From: Thermoplasmatales archaeon SW_10_69_26
GTDB lineage: Archaea; Thermoplasmatota; SW-10-69-26
DNA: 64,000 bases
Direction: 5' to 3'
Assembly (NCBI GenBank): GCA_003009755.1
Contig: PXUB01000022.1
Coordinates: 1-64,000, forward strand
The notes beneath the pieces were generated by a model. It searched no databases. It was given only the letters and a program-made list of their open reading frames with translations, and was not told the DNA's origin. The translations under genes and the position numbers were made by a program. This document shows, piece by piece, positions 48,753 to 58,033 of this stretch; the stretch's first letter is position 1; each line of letters opens with the position of its first letter.

Positions 48753-50147
48753 TTAGTCGCTCGCCGGTCGGATGTTCTGGTTGACCGAGAAGCGGTTGTC
48801 GGGGTCCCAGTTGGCCTTGACCTGGCGCAGGCGCTCGTAGGTCTGCTTGCCGTAGGCGGCCTCGATGCGGTCCTGGTCGTCGCGGGCGAGGTAGTTGACG
48901 TAGACGCCCTCGCGCACGTGCTCGGCGACGTCCTCGAACAGCTCGCGCACCCAGGCGATGTTGGCCTCGTCCTCGGCCGGGTCCTCCCAGCGGCCGTTGA
49001 TCTTGAAGATGTGCTCGGCCCAGCGGCCGCTGAAGGCGCTGGCGTGCTCGTCGACCTCGGCCATGGCTCCGCCGGCGTGCTCGAGCTTGACGTCCATGAT
49101 CGTCGAGGGCATCTCGTGGACGCGCTCGACCATCGCCTCGAGCACCTCGTCCGGCAGCTCGTCGAGGTAGCAGGACTTCCAGTAGTCCCGGTAGCCGGCT
49201 TGCCAGGCGTCGTCGCTGCTGGACTGCCACTCCGTGAACGGGCGCTCTCGCACGTCCTCGTGGATCGGGTCGCCGAAGCTGGTGAGCGGCTCCAGCACCT
49301 TGCGGCCGCGGTCGGGGTCGCCGGCGTAGCAGGCGGCCAGGGCCACGACCGGCTCGCCGCGGTGCTCGGCGGGGATCTCGCTCGTTTCGGGCGCGGTCTT
49401 GACGATGGCGGCCGTGACGACCTCGGTGGGGGCCCGGGCCGTCCACTCCTCGTAGAAGTCGAGGACCTCGCCGGCGTCCCGAGCCGGGTGCAGGTTGGCG
49501 CCGGCGTAGACGGTGGGCCCGAGCTCGACCGTGTCGTACGTGAACCGGGTCACGATCCCGAAGTTGCCGCCACCCCCTTGCAGCGCCCAGAACAGGTCCG
49601 CGTTCTCGTCCTCGCTGGCGCGCACCAGCTCGCCCTCAGCCGTGACGACGTGGGCCTCGGCGAGGTGATCGCAGGTGAGCCCGTGCTCGCGCATCAGCCA
49701 GCCGACGCCGCCGCCGAGCGTGAGCCCGGCCATGCCGGTCATCGAGACGACGCCGCTGGGGACGGCGAGGCTGAAGGCCTGGGTCTCGTGGTCGACGTCG
49801 CCCAGCGTGGCGCCGGGCCCGACGTGGACGCGCTCGGTCTCGGGGTCCAGGCGCACCTCGTCCAGCGCCCCCAGGTCGATCACGATGCCGTCGTCGGTGG
49901 TGCCGTCGCCGGCGACGCTGTGCCCGCCGCCGCGCACGGCGACCGGTCGTTGGTGCTCGCGGGCGAACTCGACCGCCGCGATCACGTCGGCGGTGCCGGT
50001 GGCCTCGACCACGAGGTCGGGGCGTTGGTCGATCATGCCGTTCCAGACGCTGCGCGCCTGGTCGTAGTCGGGGTCCGTCGGTCGGACCAGGCGGCCGCGC
50101 AGATCGTCGGCGAGCTCGTCCACGGCGGGGGCTGGGGGGTCGGCCAT
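48753..50147 (-). CDS. FAD-linked oxidase (BBE/VAO family)
   Basis: VRGGGHS, GLTLGGG.GW, LFWALQGGGGNFGIVT, YVNY, WDPDNRF. Confidence 0.93.
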   Translation of the reverse strand: MADPPAPAVDELADDLRGRLVRPTDPDYDQARSVWNGMIDQRPDLVVEATGTADVIAAVEFAREHQRPVAVRGGGHSVAGDGTTDDGIVIDLGALDEVRLDPETERVHVGPGATLGDVDHETQAFSLAVPSGVVSMTGMAGLTLGGGVGWLMREHGLTCDHLAEAHVVTAEGELVRASEDENADLFWALQGGGGNFGIVTRFTYDTVELGPTVYAGANLHPARDAGEVLDFYEEWTARAPTEVVTAAIVKTAPETSEIPAEHRGEPVVALAACYAGDPDRGRKVLEPLTSFGDPIHEDVRERPFTEWQSSSDDAWQAGYRDYWKSCYLDELPDEVLEAMVERVHEMPSTIMDVKLEHAGGAMAEVDEHASAFSGRWAEHIFKINGRWEDPAEDEANIAWVRELFEDVAEHVREGVYVNYLARDDQDRIEAAYGKQTYERLRQVKANWDPDNRFSVNQNIRPASD

Positions 50148-50279
50148 CAGCCGAGCCAAGCGGGATGGGGTCCTTGGCGTTAGGGTTCAACGGATGGAAA
50201 GCGACCGCGGGCCGGGGGAGCTACCCCCGGCCGCGGGCTTGCCTCCCCGCAGGGCACCGCGGTGGACGCGATCTCGCGC

Positions 50280-50716
50280 CCGACGGCACCTGCGAGCGTC
50301 AACAGCGTCCCATAGCGACCTTGTCAGGCCGCATCCCCACCGTCCGCGAGTGTCCTTAAAAACCTCATCGTGAGGGTGGCTTCGCGACCTGTGTCACGCG
50401 TGGGTGGTGAAGGCCGCTCTCGCTCGGCGTGACGGCCAAGCGAGCGCTTGCAACGCCTCCGCGTCCGGTGGACGAGGGTGGGGCGATCGAGGGTGTCGGA
50501 CGGGAGAAGATGAAGGGCCACCGGCCGGGGCCTCGAGCCCGGCCGGCGGCGCGTGCCTTGCCTCCTCGCCGTCAGCCGCGATGGACACCCGATGGCGTCC
50601 GACGGCACCGGCGAGACGAACAGCGTCCCATAGCGACCTTCTCAGGCCGCATCCCCACCGTCCGCGAGTGTCCTTAAAAATCTCATCGTGAGAGCGGCTT
50701 CACGTCGCTGTCACGG
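50280..50716. repeat. Tandem non-coding direct repeat, 318-bp period
   Basis: 50301-50374 vs 50619-50692: 74 bp with 2 mismatches, with weaker similarity extending on both sides. Confidence 0.92.
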
Positions 50717-51239
50717 GGCGTCGTGACACGGCGCCGGGGAATCGCTCGCACCTCCACGCTGCGGGGCGAGGCCCTAACCGGCAGAGACCGCCTTAAGCGG
50801 TTCCCCTGCCGCGTTGGGGTCCGAGAGGTCGTCGGAGTGCCAGCATGTGCAGGACCTCTCCCCTCCCCGGTACGCGCTCGTCGCCGTTCCACTGTTCTCA
50901 ACCCGAGGCAGCGCTCGGACTGGCACTCCGGCGGCGGCCGAGCGTTTACCCCTCCCGCGGACGCGGATCCTGGCCGGGCCCTGGAAAGGCTCTTGGATGG
51001 GATGCCTCCGCGGGAGGATCCCCTTCACTCGATCCAGATCCCCACATCGAAAAGCAGCCCACCGTGCCGGCGAGCCCCTGCGTGGGCGGGGGCGATGACC
51101 CGGCCTCATGTTCATCCCCTGCTGCTCCCGCGATCACTCCGCGGGACCTCCATCCATCTCCGCCCGCCGGCTTGCCTCGCAGGTACCCACCTGTCCCTCT
51201 TGAGCGAGGGTGCATCCTGCCGGCGGGCGCATCCACTCT

Positions 51240-51422
51240 ATGGGTGTACACACCTTCGTCATCGAGACCGATAGCACGATCGCGGACACCGACGCCCTCG
51301 AAGACCTCGTCAAGCTCCTCGAGGACCACGACGACGTCGGCGCGATCAAGGACGCCGGCGACTTCCACGACACCGTCGCCGGTCACCTGCTCGGACGCGA
51401 CGGACCGCCCGAGCTCTCCTGA
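51240..51422 (+). CDS. Small acidic hypothetical protein
   Basis: 60-aa ORF MGVHTFVIETD... with typical codon usage. Confidence 0.5.
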   Translation: MGVHTFVIETDSTIADTDALEDLVKLLEDHDDVGAIKDAGDFHDTVAGHLLGRDGPPELS

Positions 51423-51752
51423 CGGTCCCGGTCCTAGCCCCGGCCCGACCGGGCCGGGAGCCTTCCCCTCCTGCTCACACAAGCGGGATCGCGTAGCCGT
51501 GCCCGCGGATTGGACGCCGCGGCAGGCCACGCGCAACCGGTCCCGCATCGGCCGCTTCCACCCTCGATCGTCTTACTCAGTCTACGGGAACCTCGACGGT
51601 GGTCTCTCTCAGATCGCAATCCACGGGAGCGGCCCCTCCCCCCTCTCACACGTCACGACCCGGGTGCCCCCTGACCTTCTCCAACAGCCTCCCAAGCCTC
51701 CACACTCAGGGGCGCCCGGGTCCGACCCTCACCCCTCAGAGGGAGGCTCGCC

Positions 51753-52157
51753 ATGACGAAACCCGGCCCCGACCCCGGGCACGGCGGACGCCCACGCCTA
51801 CCCTGCGAGATTTGCCACCGCCCGAGAGACAGCGACCGCCCGGCGCGAGCCCTCCGGATGAACCGTCACGGTCACGAGATCCGCGCCTGCGAGCGCTGCC
51901 TCGAGGCCGCTGAGACCACGCGAGACCGCCGCCGGGCCGACCCCAGCGGTCTCGGCCCTGACTCCTCACGAGAGGAGATCATCGCCGACCTGCGAGCCAG
52001 AACCCCCATCACGATCGCCAGCGGCGACGCCGAGACGATTACCGTTCACGAGGCCGATCACGACGCCGTCACCGAGACCGACGACGGCGTCCTCGTCGAT
52101 CCCAGTCCTTCCCATCACGACAGGAACGGACAGGAGGTGAACGGCGGAGCGCCGTAA
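51753..52157 (+). CDS. Viral hypothetical protein with CxxC..CxxC
   Basis: SD GGAGG upstream. CEIC and CERC motifs. Confidence 0.6.
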   Translation: MTKPGPDPGHGGRPRLPCEICHRPRDSDRPARALRMNRHGHEIRACERCLEAAETTRDRRRADPSGLGPDSSREEIIADLRARTPITIASGDAETITVHEADHDAVTETDDGVLVDPSPSHHDRNGQEVNGGAP

Positions 52158-52400
52158 CGCCCAACGAACGCGTCACACCCATCCGTAGGGTGTGAAGAAG
52201 AACGAGGGAGGGAGCGGGCACCGGTCCCCTACCCGGGACCGGAGCAGAGAAGGCCCGCCCCATGCCCCCTGCCATCCGGGGCGTAGATGAGCGTATGCAG
52301 CCCGAAGGTAAAGAAGTTGCGATGCGCGCGCACGCGCGCAGAAAGCGCTCGGCCCTCGTTACGCGTTCGTTACGCGTAACGTGCCACAACGCCGCATACG

Positions 52401-52823
52401 ATGTTCGTCGACGATCGAGACAACACACCGAACCAGGAGACGAAAGCCGCGCGCGCCTACGAGACCGACCTCGAGAACATGGCGGAGGAGATGCCGAACA
52501 TGACGACCTCTGACCGGATCCGCGCCGCCTGGCGAGCCTACCAGAAGCAGGAGGCCGACCACCCGTACGCGGGCGCGGTGAAGAACCTCGAGGACCGGAT
52601 GCGCCAGCAGGGCTACACCGAGGAGGCCGACGTGTTCGACCTCCTGTTCGCTCTCTTCCAGCAATGGGCGCGGAACCCGGGGCGGCGCGAGCACGCGGTC
52701 GGCATCGTGACGGAGGCCATCATCGACGCGATCGAGCACGAGAGCGAGACCAGCTGCGACGACGCTGGGGAGGGTTCGTCCCTCAGCATCCGGCCGAACC
52801 CTGCGGCGGAGGTGGACTCGTGA
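52401..52823 (+). CDS. Viral hypothetical protein
   Basis: Acidic helical 140-aa ORF, first of a coupled gene run. Confidence 0.7.
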   Translation: MFVDDRDNTPNQETKAARAYETDLENMAEEMPNMTTSDRIRAAWRAYQKQEADHPYAGAVKNLEDRMRQQGYTEEADVFDLLFALFQQWARNPGRREHAVGIVTEAIIDAIEHESETSCDDAGEGSSLSIRPNPAAEVDS

Positions 52824-53044
52824 CCTCGTGCGTCGCGTGCGAGGACGGCGACGGGACCGAGGTCCCGGCCGAGCTCGGGTTCCTCGAGGTCCCGTTCCTG
52901 TGCGCGGACTGCCGGCAGGCAGCCCAAACGCCACCCATGGATGGGTCCACGTTCACGCTTCCTCGGGAACGCGAGGCGTTCCTCGAGCATCGCGAGAACG
53001 TTCTGGGCGTCCAAGACGAGACGGACGCGGAGGTGGCCGCCTGA
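52820..53044 (+). CDS. Viral small Zn-finger protein
   Basis: GTGA overlap with the upstream stop. CVAC..CADC. Confidence 0.6.
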   Translation: MTSCVACEDGDGTEVPAELGFLEVPFLCADCRQAAQTPPMDGSTFTLPREREAFLEHRENVLGVQDETDAEVAA

Positions 53045-53322
53045 TGCCCGTCTGGCGGCGCCGCATCAGTCCCGGTGAAAGCCCAAGCCGCAAGCTGCCC
53101 GGTCCCGAGGAGAGCCTCGAGAATCAGGACATCCCGCGGCACCGGACGTGCAGCACGACCGACTGCTACGAGATCCCCGTCATCCCGACGGAGGACGGCT
53201 ACCGATACAAGCGCGAGGGCGAGACCCGGTACTGCGAGGGTTGCGAGACGGCAGCCGACCAGGCCGAACGCGACCACGATCGCGCCCAGCACCTCGAGAT
53301 GACGCAGGGGGACTCATTGTGA
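53044..53322 (+). CDS. Viral small Zn-finger protein
   Basis: TGATG overlap, SD GGAGGTG. CSTTDC..CEGC. Confidence 0.6.
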   Translation: MPVWRRRISPGESPSRKLPGPEESLENQDIPRHRTCSTTDCYEIPVIPTEDGYRYKREGETRYCEGCETAADQAERDHDRAQHLEMTQGDSL

Positions 53323-53591
53323 GCCTGGTTCCGCCGCAGGATCAGCGCTCGCTCGCCGAGCTCCGGGAGACCTGCGGGAATAGGCTGGACAAGCAGAAGA
53401 TCGCCGTGCTCGTCCTCGACGAGCATGACGATCCCGTGCCGGCCCGCGTCATCGCCGACCAGGTCCACAGGTACGGTGGCATCAGCTCCTGCGAGGCCGC
53501 GACCGCGCTCCGCACGCACCCCAGCGTCGAGCACGAGACCTGCCCAGACCGGGGCGTCCACGTCTACTGGACCACGGAGGGGGAGACGTGA
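53319..53591 (+). CDS. Viral hypothetical protein, possible wHTH
   Basis: GTGA overlaps at both ends. Confidence 0.55.
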   Translation: MSLVPPQDQRSLAELRETCGNRLDKQKIAVLVLDEHDDPVPARVIADQVHRYGGISSCEAATALRTHPSVEHETCPDRGVHVYWTTEGET

Positions 53592-54160
53592 CTCTCCTCG
53601 GCATCGACCCCAGCCTGCGGAACACCGGCGTCGTCAGCCTCGACCCGTCGATGGGCACGATCACCCGCGTCGAGGTTATCCGCACAAGCAAGCAGGCCGA
53701 CCGGAAGAACCTGCGCGTCGGCGAGGACGATCTCCGCCGAGCCCGACGCATCGCTCGCGAGCTCGAGCAGCTCGTCGACCAGGAGCAGCCCGTCGCCGTG
53801 TTCGGCGAGCTTCCCGGCGGCTCCCGATCGAACCGCGCGTCCAAGGGCTTCGGCATCGTGCTCGGCGCGATCGGCGCCGTCACCGAGCTGCGCGACCTCC
53901 CCACCGGATGGGAGACCCAGTTCGCGCTGAAGAAAGCCTGCACCGGCGACGGGCAGGCGACCAAGACCGCGGTCGCCGACCACGTCCAGGACCACTACGC
54001 CTGGGAGGACGAGCTCCCGGACGCGAAGACCCGCCGGCAGCACGTGTTCGACGCGGCCGCGGCCCTGTACGCGAACCGCGAGTGCGACCTCTACCGCATG
54101 GCCGTCCAGCAGTCCACCCCTCACGCTTCAGCCGCTCAGCAGGAAGGTGAACACACGTGA
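53588..54160 (+). CDS. RuvC-like Holliday junction resolvase
   Basis: LLGIDPSLRNTG, acidic GE, LKKACTGDGQATK, HVFDAAA. Confidence 0.88.
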   Translation: MTLLGIDPSLRNTGVVSLDPSMGTITRVEVIRTSKQADRKNLRVGEDDLRRARRIARELEQLVDQEQPVAVFGELPGGSRSNRASKGFGIVLGAIGAVTELRDLPTGWETQFALKKACTGDGQATKTAVADHVQDHYAWEDELPDAKTRRQHVFDAAAALYANRECDLYRMAVQQSTPHASAAQQEGEHT

Positions 54161-56067
54161 CCGAACAGACCGACCAGCGCGGCCTCGGCGCCTACGCGCC
54201 CGAGCTCGCGCCCGACCTACCCGACGCGACCACCGTCCGGATCAGCCTCAACGAGCTGCATCCGGGCGACGAGAACCCGAGAGAACAACTCGACGACATC
54301 GAACCCCTCGCCCAAAGCATCGCGAGCGAGGGCCTCCAGAACCCCATCGCCGTCCGCCCGAACGGCGACGGGTTCGAGATCGTTCACGGCCACCGCCGCT
54401 ACGCTGCCCTCGACCAGTTAGGCGTTGAGGACGCGCCTTGTCTCGTGCGCGAGGACCTGGACGATGAGGGCACCGCGCTGGCGCGCACGATCGAGAACCA
54501 CCAGCGCGCCGACCTCACCCCCTACGAGGAAGCCCACAGCTTCCAGGTCGCGCTCGACACCGGCCTCACCCAGGCCGAGCTCGCCGAGCGCGCCGGCGTC
54601 AGCCCGGACACGATCCGCCGACGCCTCAAGCTGCTCGACGTCCCCGAGGACGTCGCCGAGAAGGTCGGCACAACGACCGGGTACTCGATGGAAATCGCCG
54701 ACCTCGTCCGCGACCTGATCCTGGCGAAGGACGACGTCGACGACGGGTTCCAGGACCACGTCGACACGATGATCGAGCACACGATCGAGAAACTGCCCGC
54801 CGTCAACCACAACGGCCACACCCAACGCGTCGACAGCTGGGCGCGCAACGTCTCCCACAAATGGGCCCAAGCCGGCCTGGTGGTCGGTCACTCCTTCAAA
54901 CGCGACGTCGGGCTCAGCCACCAAGAGAAAGCGTGGTTCAACGAGACCGACCACCCGCGTGTCCAGGAGCTCCACGAGGAGCTCGACGAGCTCGAGTCCA
55001 TCTCTTGGATGGACCACCAGGGCGAGGAGTACCAGGAGGTCATCGACCTCGACGGTTACGCCCGCATCATGGGGGAGGCCGCTGGCCTCTACGAGGACGC
55101 CCACGAGGACGATGACGACGACGGGAAGACTCTAAGACAGCGCCGCAACCGACTGAAGCGAAAGCAGCGAAGCGCCGTCAAGAGCGCCACGAAGCAACGC
55201 GTCCGCGACACCGTGAGCGAGAAACTCGCCGGGCGTGTAACCACGTTCGACCAAGCCCGAGACAGCCTCGCCCGCATCCGCCTTCGCTCCGCGTCCTGGT
55301 GGAACCCGGACAAGCGCGACATCGCCACGATCGCCGAGACCGTCGACGTCGATGTCGCCCGCCTCGAAGACGTGTTCGGGGGTCGAGCTGGGAACGAGGA
55401 GGCGATGGACGAGCTCGTCGACGGCCTGCTCGAGAGCGATGATACGGGCGCCGCCTTGGCCCGGTTCTGGCTGAGCGTCGAGATTCTCCGCCAGGAGCCC
55501 GCGGACCCGACTACGCCCGAGGTCAACACCTGGTCCGAGATCGCGAAGGAGTGGCTCGGTGGAACGCCTGCCCAGCTGGCACAGTGGAGCCGTCAAAGCC
55601 TCGAGGCCAACGGCGAGCTACCGCCGTCGTCGCCGACGGTCCGCCTCGCCCGCGAGTCCACGCCGAACGAGGACGGCGAGATGGAGCACCTCGCGCAAGC
55701 CGTCTCGAAGGGGTCCCGTGCCTTGTGCGGGCACCGGTTCGAGGACGTCGAGACGGCGGACGAGACCCAGGCCGGCCAGTGCGAGGCGTGCTGGGACATG
55801 GCCGACGAGTACGACCTGACCATCCTCACCGGCGAACGCGCCACCAAGGAAGACCTCGAGGCTGTGCTCGACACGCTCGGGGAGTACGTGGACCCGGGCA
55901 TCCCTCTCGATCGGACCCTGCCCGACCTCGCGCCGAGCGATCTGCGGGACCTGGCCGACGACCTGGGCGTCCCCGACGACGTCGACGACGAGGACATCAT
56001 CGTCGCCGTGAAGGAACAAATCCCCGCGGAGGCCGACATCGGGGAGGAAGGTGGCGACGATGGCTGA
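54157..56067 (+). CDS. ParB/Spo0J-family protein with long C-terminal extension
   Basis: NPR..LAQSI..GLQNPIAVR..IVHGHRRYAA, ENHQRADLTPYEEA, HTH TQAELAERAGVS. Confidence 0.9.
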   Translation: MTEQTDQRGLGAYAPELAPDLPDATTVRISLNELHPGDENPREQLDDIEPLAQSIASEGLQNPIAVRPNGDGFEIVHGHRRYAALDQLGVEDAPCLVREDLDDEGTALARTIENHQRADLTPYEEAHSFQVALDTGLTQAELAERAGVSPDTIRRRLKLLDVPEDVAEKVGTTTGYSMEIADLVRDLILAKDDVDDGFQDHVDTMIEHTIEKLPAVNHNGHTQRVDSWARNVSHKWAQAGLVVGHSFKRDVGLSHQEKAWFNETDHPRVQELHEELDELESISWMDHQGEEYQEVIDLDGYARIMGEAAGLYEDAHEDDDDDGKTLRQRRNRLKRKQRSAVKSATKQRVRDTVSEKLAGRVTTFDQARDSLARIRLRSASWWNPDKRDIATIAETVDVDVARLEDVFGGRAGNEEAMDELVDGLLESDDTGAALARFWLSVEILRQEPADPTTPEVNTWSEIAKEWLGGTPAQLAQWSRQSLEANGELPPSSPTVRLARESTPNEDGEMEHLAQAVSKGSRALCGHRFEDVETADETQAGQCEACWDMADEYDLTILTGERATKEDLEAVLDTLGEYVDPGIPLDRTLPDLAPSDLRDLADDLGVPDDVDDEDIIVAVKEQIPAEADIGEEGGDDG

Positions 56068-56833
56068 GACGGTCAAAACGGTCAAGACGGTGCACTCTGA
56101 GCGCGAGCCGGTGGCCTCGTGCAAGATTTCGAGCGCGAACCTCCAGTACCTCCTCGACTGGGTGTCAACCATCAACGGGGAGGTGAAGCTTGAGCTCGAC
56201 GGTGGCACGCTGTCGTATCGGGAGATCGGCGCGGCGCACGTCTGCATGGTCACCGGCAGTGCGCCCGTGCTTGAGCAGGAGGGCGAGGCCGAGATCGGGG
56301 TCGACGTCGACCTCGTCACGGACCTGCTCAAGCCGGTGCCGATCGCGGCGCCCGACCCGTTCCGGCTCGAGGTGTACGAGGCGGGCCCGCTCGTTCTCGA
56401 ACACGCTCGCTATGAGTACGAGCTCCAGGTCCTCGACACGAGCGGCATGACGGATCCGAAGGACCCGGACCTCGAGCTCCCCTGCCGGTTCACGATCACG
56501 GCGCGGGACTGGAGCAACTTCCTCCGCCGCGCGGACAAGGCCAGCTCCTACATCAAGCTCGCCGGGCACCCGGACGGCGTCACAGGGACTGCCGAGGGCG
56601 ACCAGGTGTCCCTCACGCACAAGCTCGACTGTGACGAGCACGAGTTCGACAGCGGGCACGAGGACCAGGTCGCCAGCCTGTTCAGCCTGGACTACCTGGA
56701 CAGTTTCCGAAAGGCGCAAAGCTTCCAGGGAGACGTCCGCTTCCGGCTGGGGAACGACTACCCGATCGACTGGGAAGCTCGCCCCGGCGAGTGCGTGCTG
56801 ACGGGTCAACTGGCGCCGCGCATCGAGGACTAA
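56060..56833 (+). CDS. pcn: Virus-encoded PCNA (DNA sliding clamp), divergent
   Basis: AHVCMV, EIGVD, LDTSGMTDPK, SLFSLDYL, LGNDYP, LAPRIE. Confidence 0.9.
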   Translation: MAETVKTVKTVHSEREPVASCKISSANLQYLLDWVSTINGEVKLELDGGTLSYREIGAAHVCMVTGSAPVLEQEGEAEIGVDVDLVTDLLKPVPIAAPDPFRLEVYEAGPLVLEHARYEYELQVLDTSGMTDPKDPDLELPCRFTITARDWSNFLRRADKASSYIKLAGHPDGVTGTAEGDQVSLTHKLDCDEHEFDSGHEDQVASLFSLDYLDSFRKAQSFQGDVRFRLGNDYPIDWEARPGECVLTGQLAPRIED

Positions 56834-56879
56834 CCATGTCGGACGTCACCGACGAGGACGAGGACGGGGGTGAGGCGTG

Positions 56880-57368
56880 ATGGTGGGTGGCCTGTCGAAT
56901 AGCTTCCAGGAGCACGTCAGCGTCGGCGAGGCCGCGTTCGGGCTATTCCAAGAGCACCTGCCCGTCGACGAGTGGGCCAAGGAGGCCGCCGACCGCCCCG
57001 CCAAGCGCGAAGCCGAGGGCGAGGACCACGAGCCGGACGAGCTGTACGAGGTCGCAGAAGACCATCGGCACGTGTTCATCGAGGCGTGGAGCGAGGTCCG
57101 CGCACTCCTCGAGGAGGAGGGCTACGAGACGAAGGAGTTCCACGAGCAGGTGATGGGCCACTCGTCAGGTGCGACGTGCGCGTGGTGCCACCCCGACCTC
57201 GACGGCACCTGGCAGATCGTCGGCCCCGACGGCGACCCCTGGTTCGGCGAAGGCAGCCCGAACCCGGTGTTCCAGGCGTTCTTCGACCAGGCGCGCGAGC
57301 AGCTGCCGCAGCCGGTGTTCGAGGCCGCGTTCCCGATGAGCGACTACGAGACGGACGGTGAGGCGTGA
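56880..57368 (+). CDS. Viral hypothetical protein
   Basis: Acidic ORF with TGATG coupling and a CAWC motif. Confidence 0.65.
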   Translation: MVGGLSNSFQEHVSVGEAAFGLFQEHLPVDEWAKEAADRPAKREAEGEDHEPDELYEVAEDHRHVFIEAWSEVRALLEEEGYETKEFHEQVMGHSSGATCAWCHPDLDGTWQIVGPDGDPWFGEGSPNPVFQAFFDQAREQLPQPVFEAAFPMSDYETDGEA

Positions 57369-57724
57369 TGGCCAGCCGACCGAAGACACTTGAGGAACTC
57401 CTCGACCTCCTCCACGAGAGGGCCGGCGCGGACGGGCTCGACGTCCGCATCGAAGCATCAACGGAACACGACGAGTTGAGCGAAGTCACGCCCGTCGAGG
57501 TCACCGTCTCCCTTCCCGCTGGTGGGAGGACTGTGGCTGAGGAGTCCAATCCCTGCCGGGAGATGGATCTCAGCACGGCGCTCTACCGCGTCGTCCGTCG
57601 CGTCCTCAGAGAGCGCGAGCGGGGACACTACGAGGACTGGCAGCCCGACGGAGACGACGTCCAATCCGTCGAGATGGGAGCCCTGCTTGAAGAGGACGAG
57701 GACGGAGGCGAGGCGGATGGGTAG
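57368..57724 (+). CDS. Viral hypothetical protein
   Basis: TGATG coupling, SD GGTGA. Confidence 0.6.
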   Translation: MASRPKTLEELLDLLHERAGADGLDVRIEASTEHDELSEVTPVEVTVSLPAGGRTVAEESNPCREMDLSTALYRVVRRVLRERERGHYEDWQPDGDDVQSVEMGALLEEDEDGGEADG

Positions 57725-57839
57725 GACCATCCGCATGGCCTGCCGCTGCCCGACCGGGAGCAGCGCCATGCTCCAGGACCACATGGACCGAGAGGGCGAA
57801 TGGCAGGTCCGGCTCTGCCGCTACGGAGGTGACGCCTGA
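57717..57839 (+). CDS. Viral microprotein (40 aa)
   Basis: Fills the gap between coupled ORFs and overlaps both neighbours. Confidence 0.4.
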   Translation: MGRTIRMACRCPTGSSAMLQDHMDREGEWQVRLCRYGGDA

Positions 57840-58033
57840 TGGATCTTACCGGCGCCGAGACCGACGGGGACCGGCCGGGCGTCTGCGATACCGACGGTTG
57901 CGGGCGCCCGGCAGCGTTCGGGAGATGTCGACCCTGTCAGCGCGCCTGGAGACGCGGCAAGGAGTACGCGACCGACCGCATCGAGGCGCGGATCCGAGAG
58001 AAACTGCTCGGCGGGGTGGTCGACCGTGCCTGA
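57839..58033 (+). CDS. Viral small Zn-finger protein
   Basis: SD GGAGGTGA. CDTDGC..CRPC. Confidence 0.6.
   Translation: MDLTGAETDGDRPGVCDTDGCGRPAAFGRCRPCQRAWRRGKEYATDRIEARIREKLLGGVVDRA

Noticed and set aside
50723-51756. ORFs 50723..51274 and 50845..51756 as an integrase
   Set aside because: Pro/Arg/Ser-rich translations with no tyrosine- or serine-recombinase motifs.
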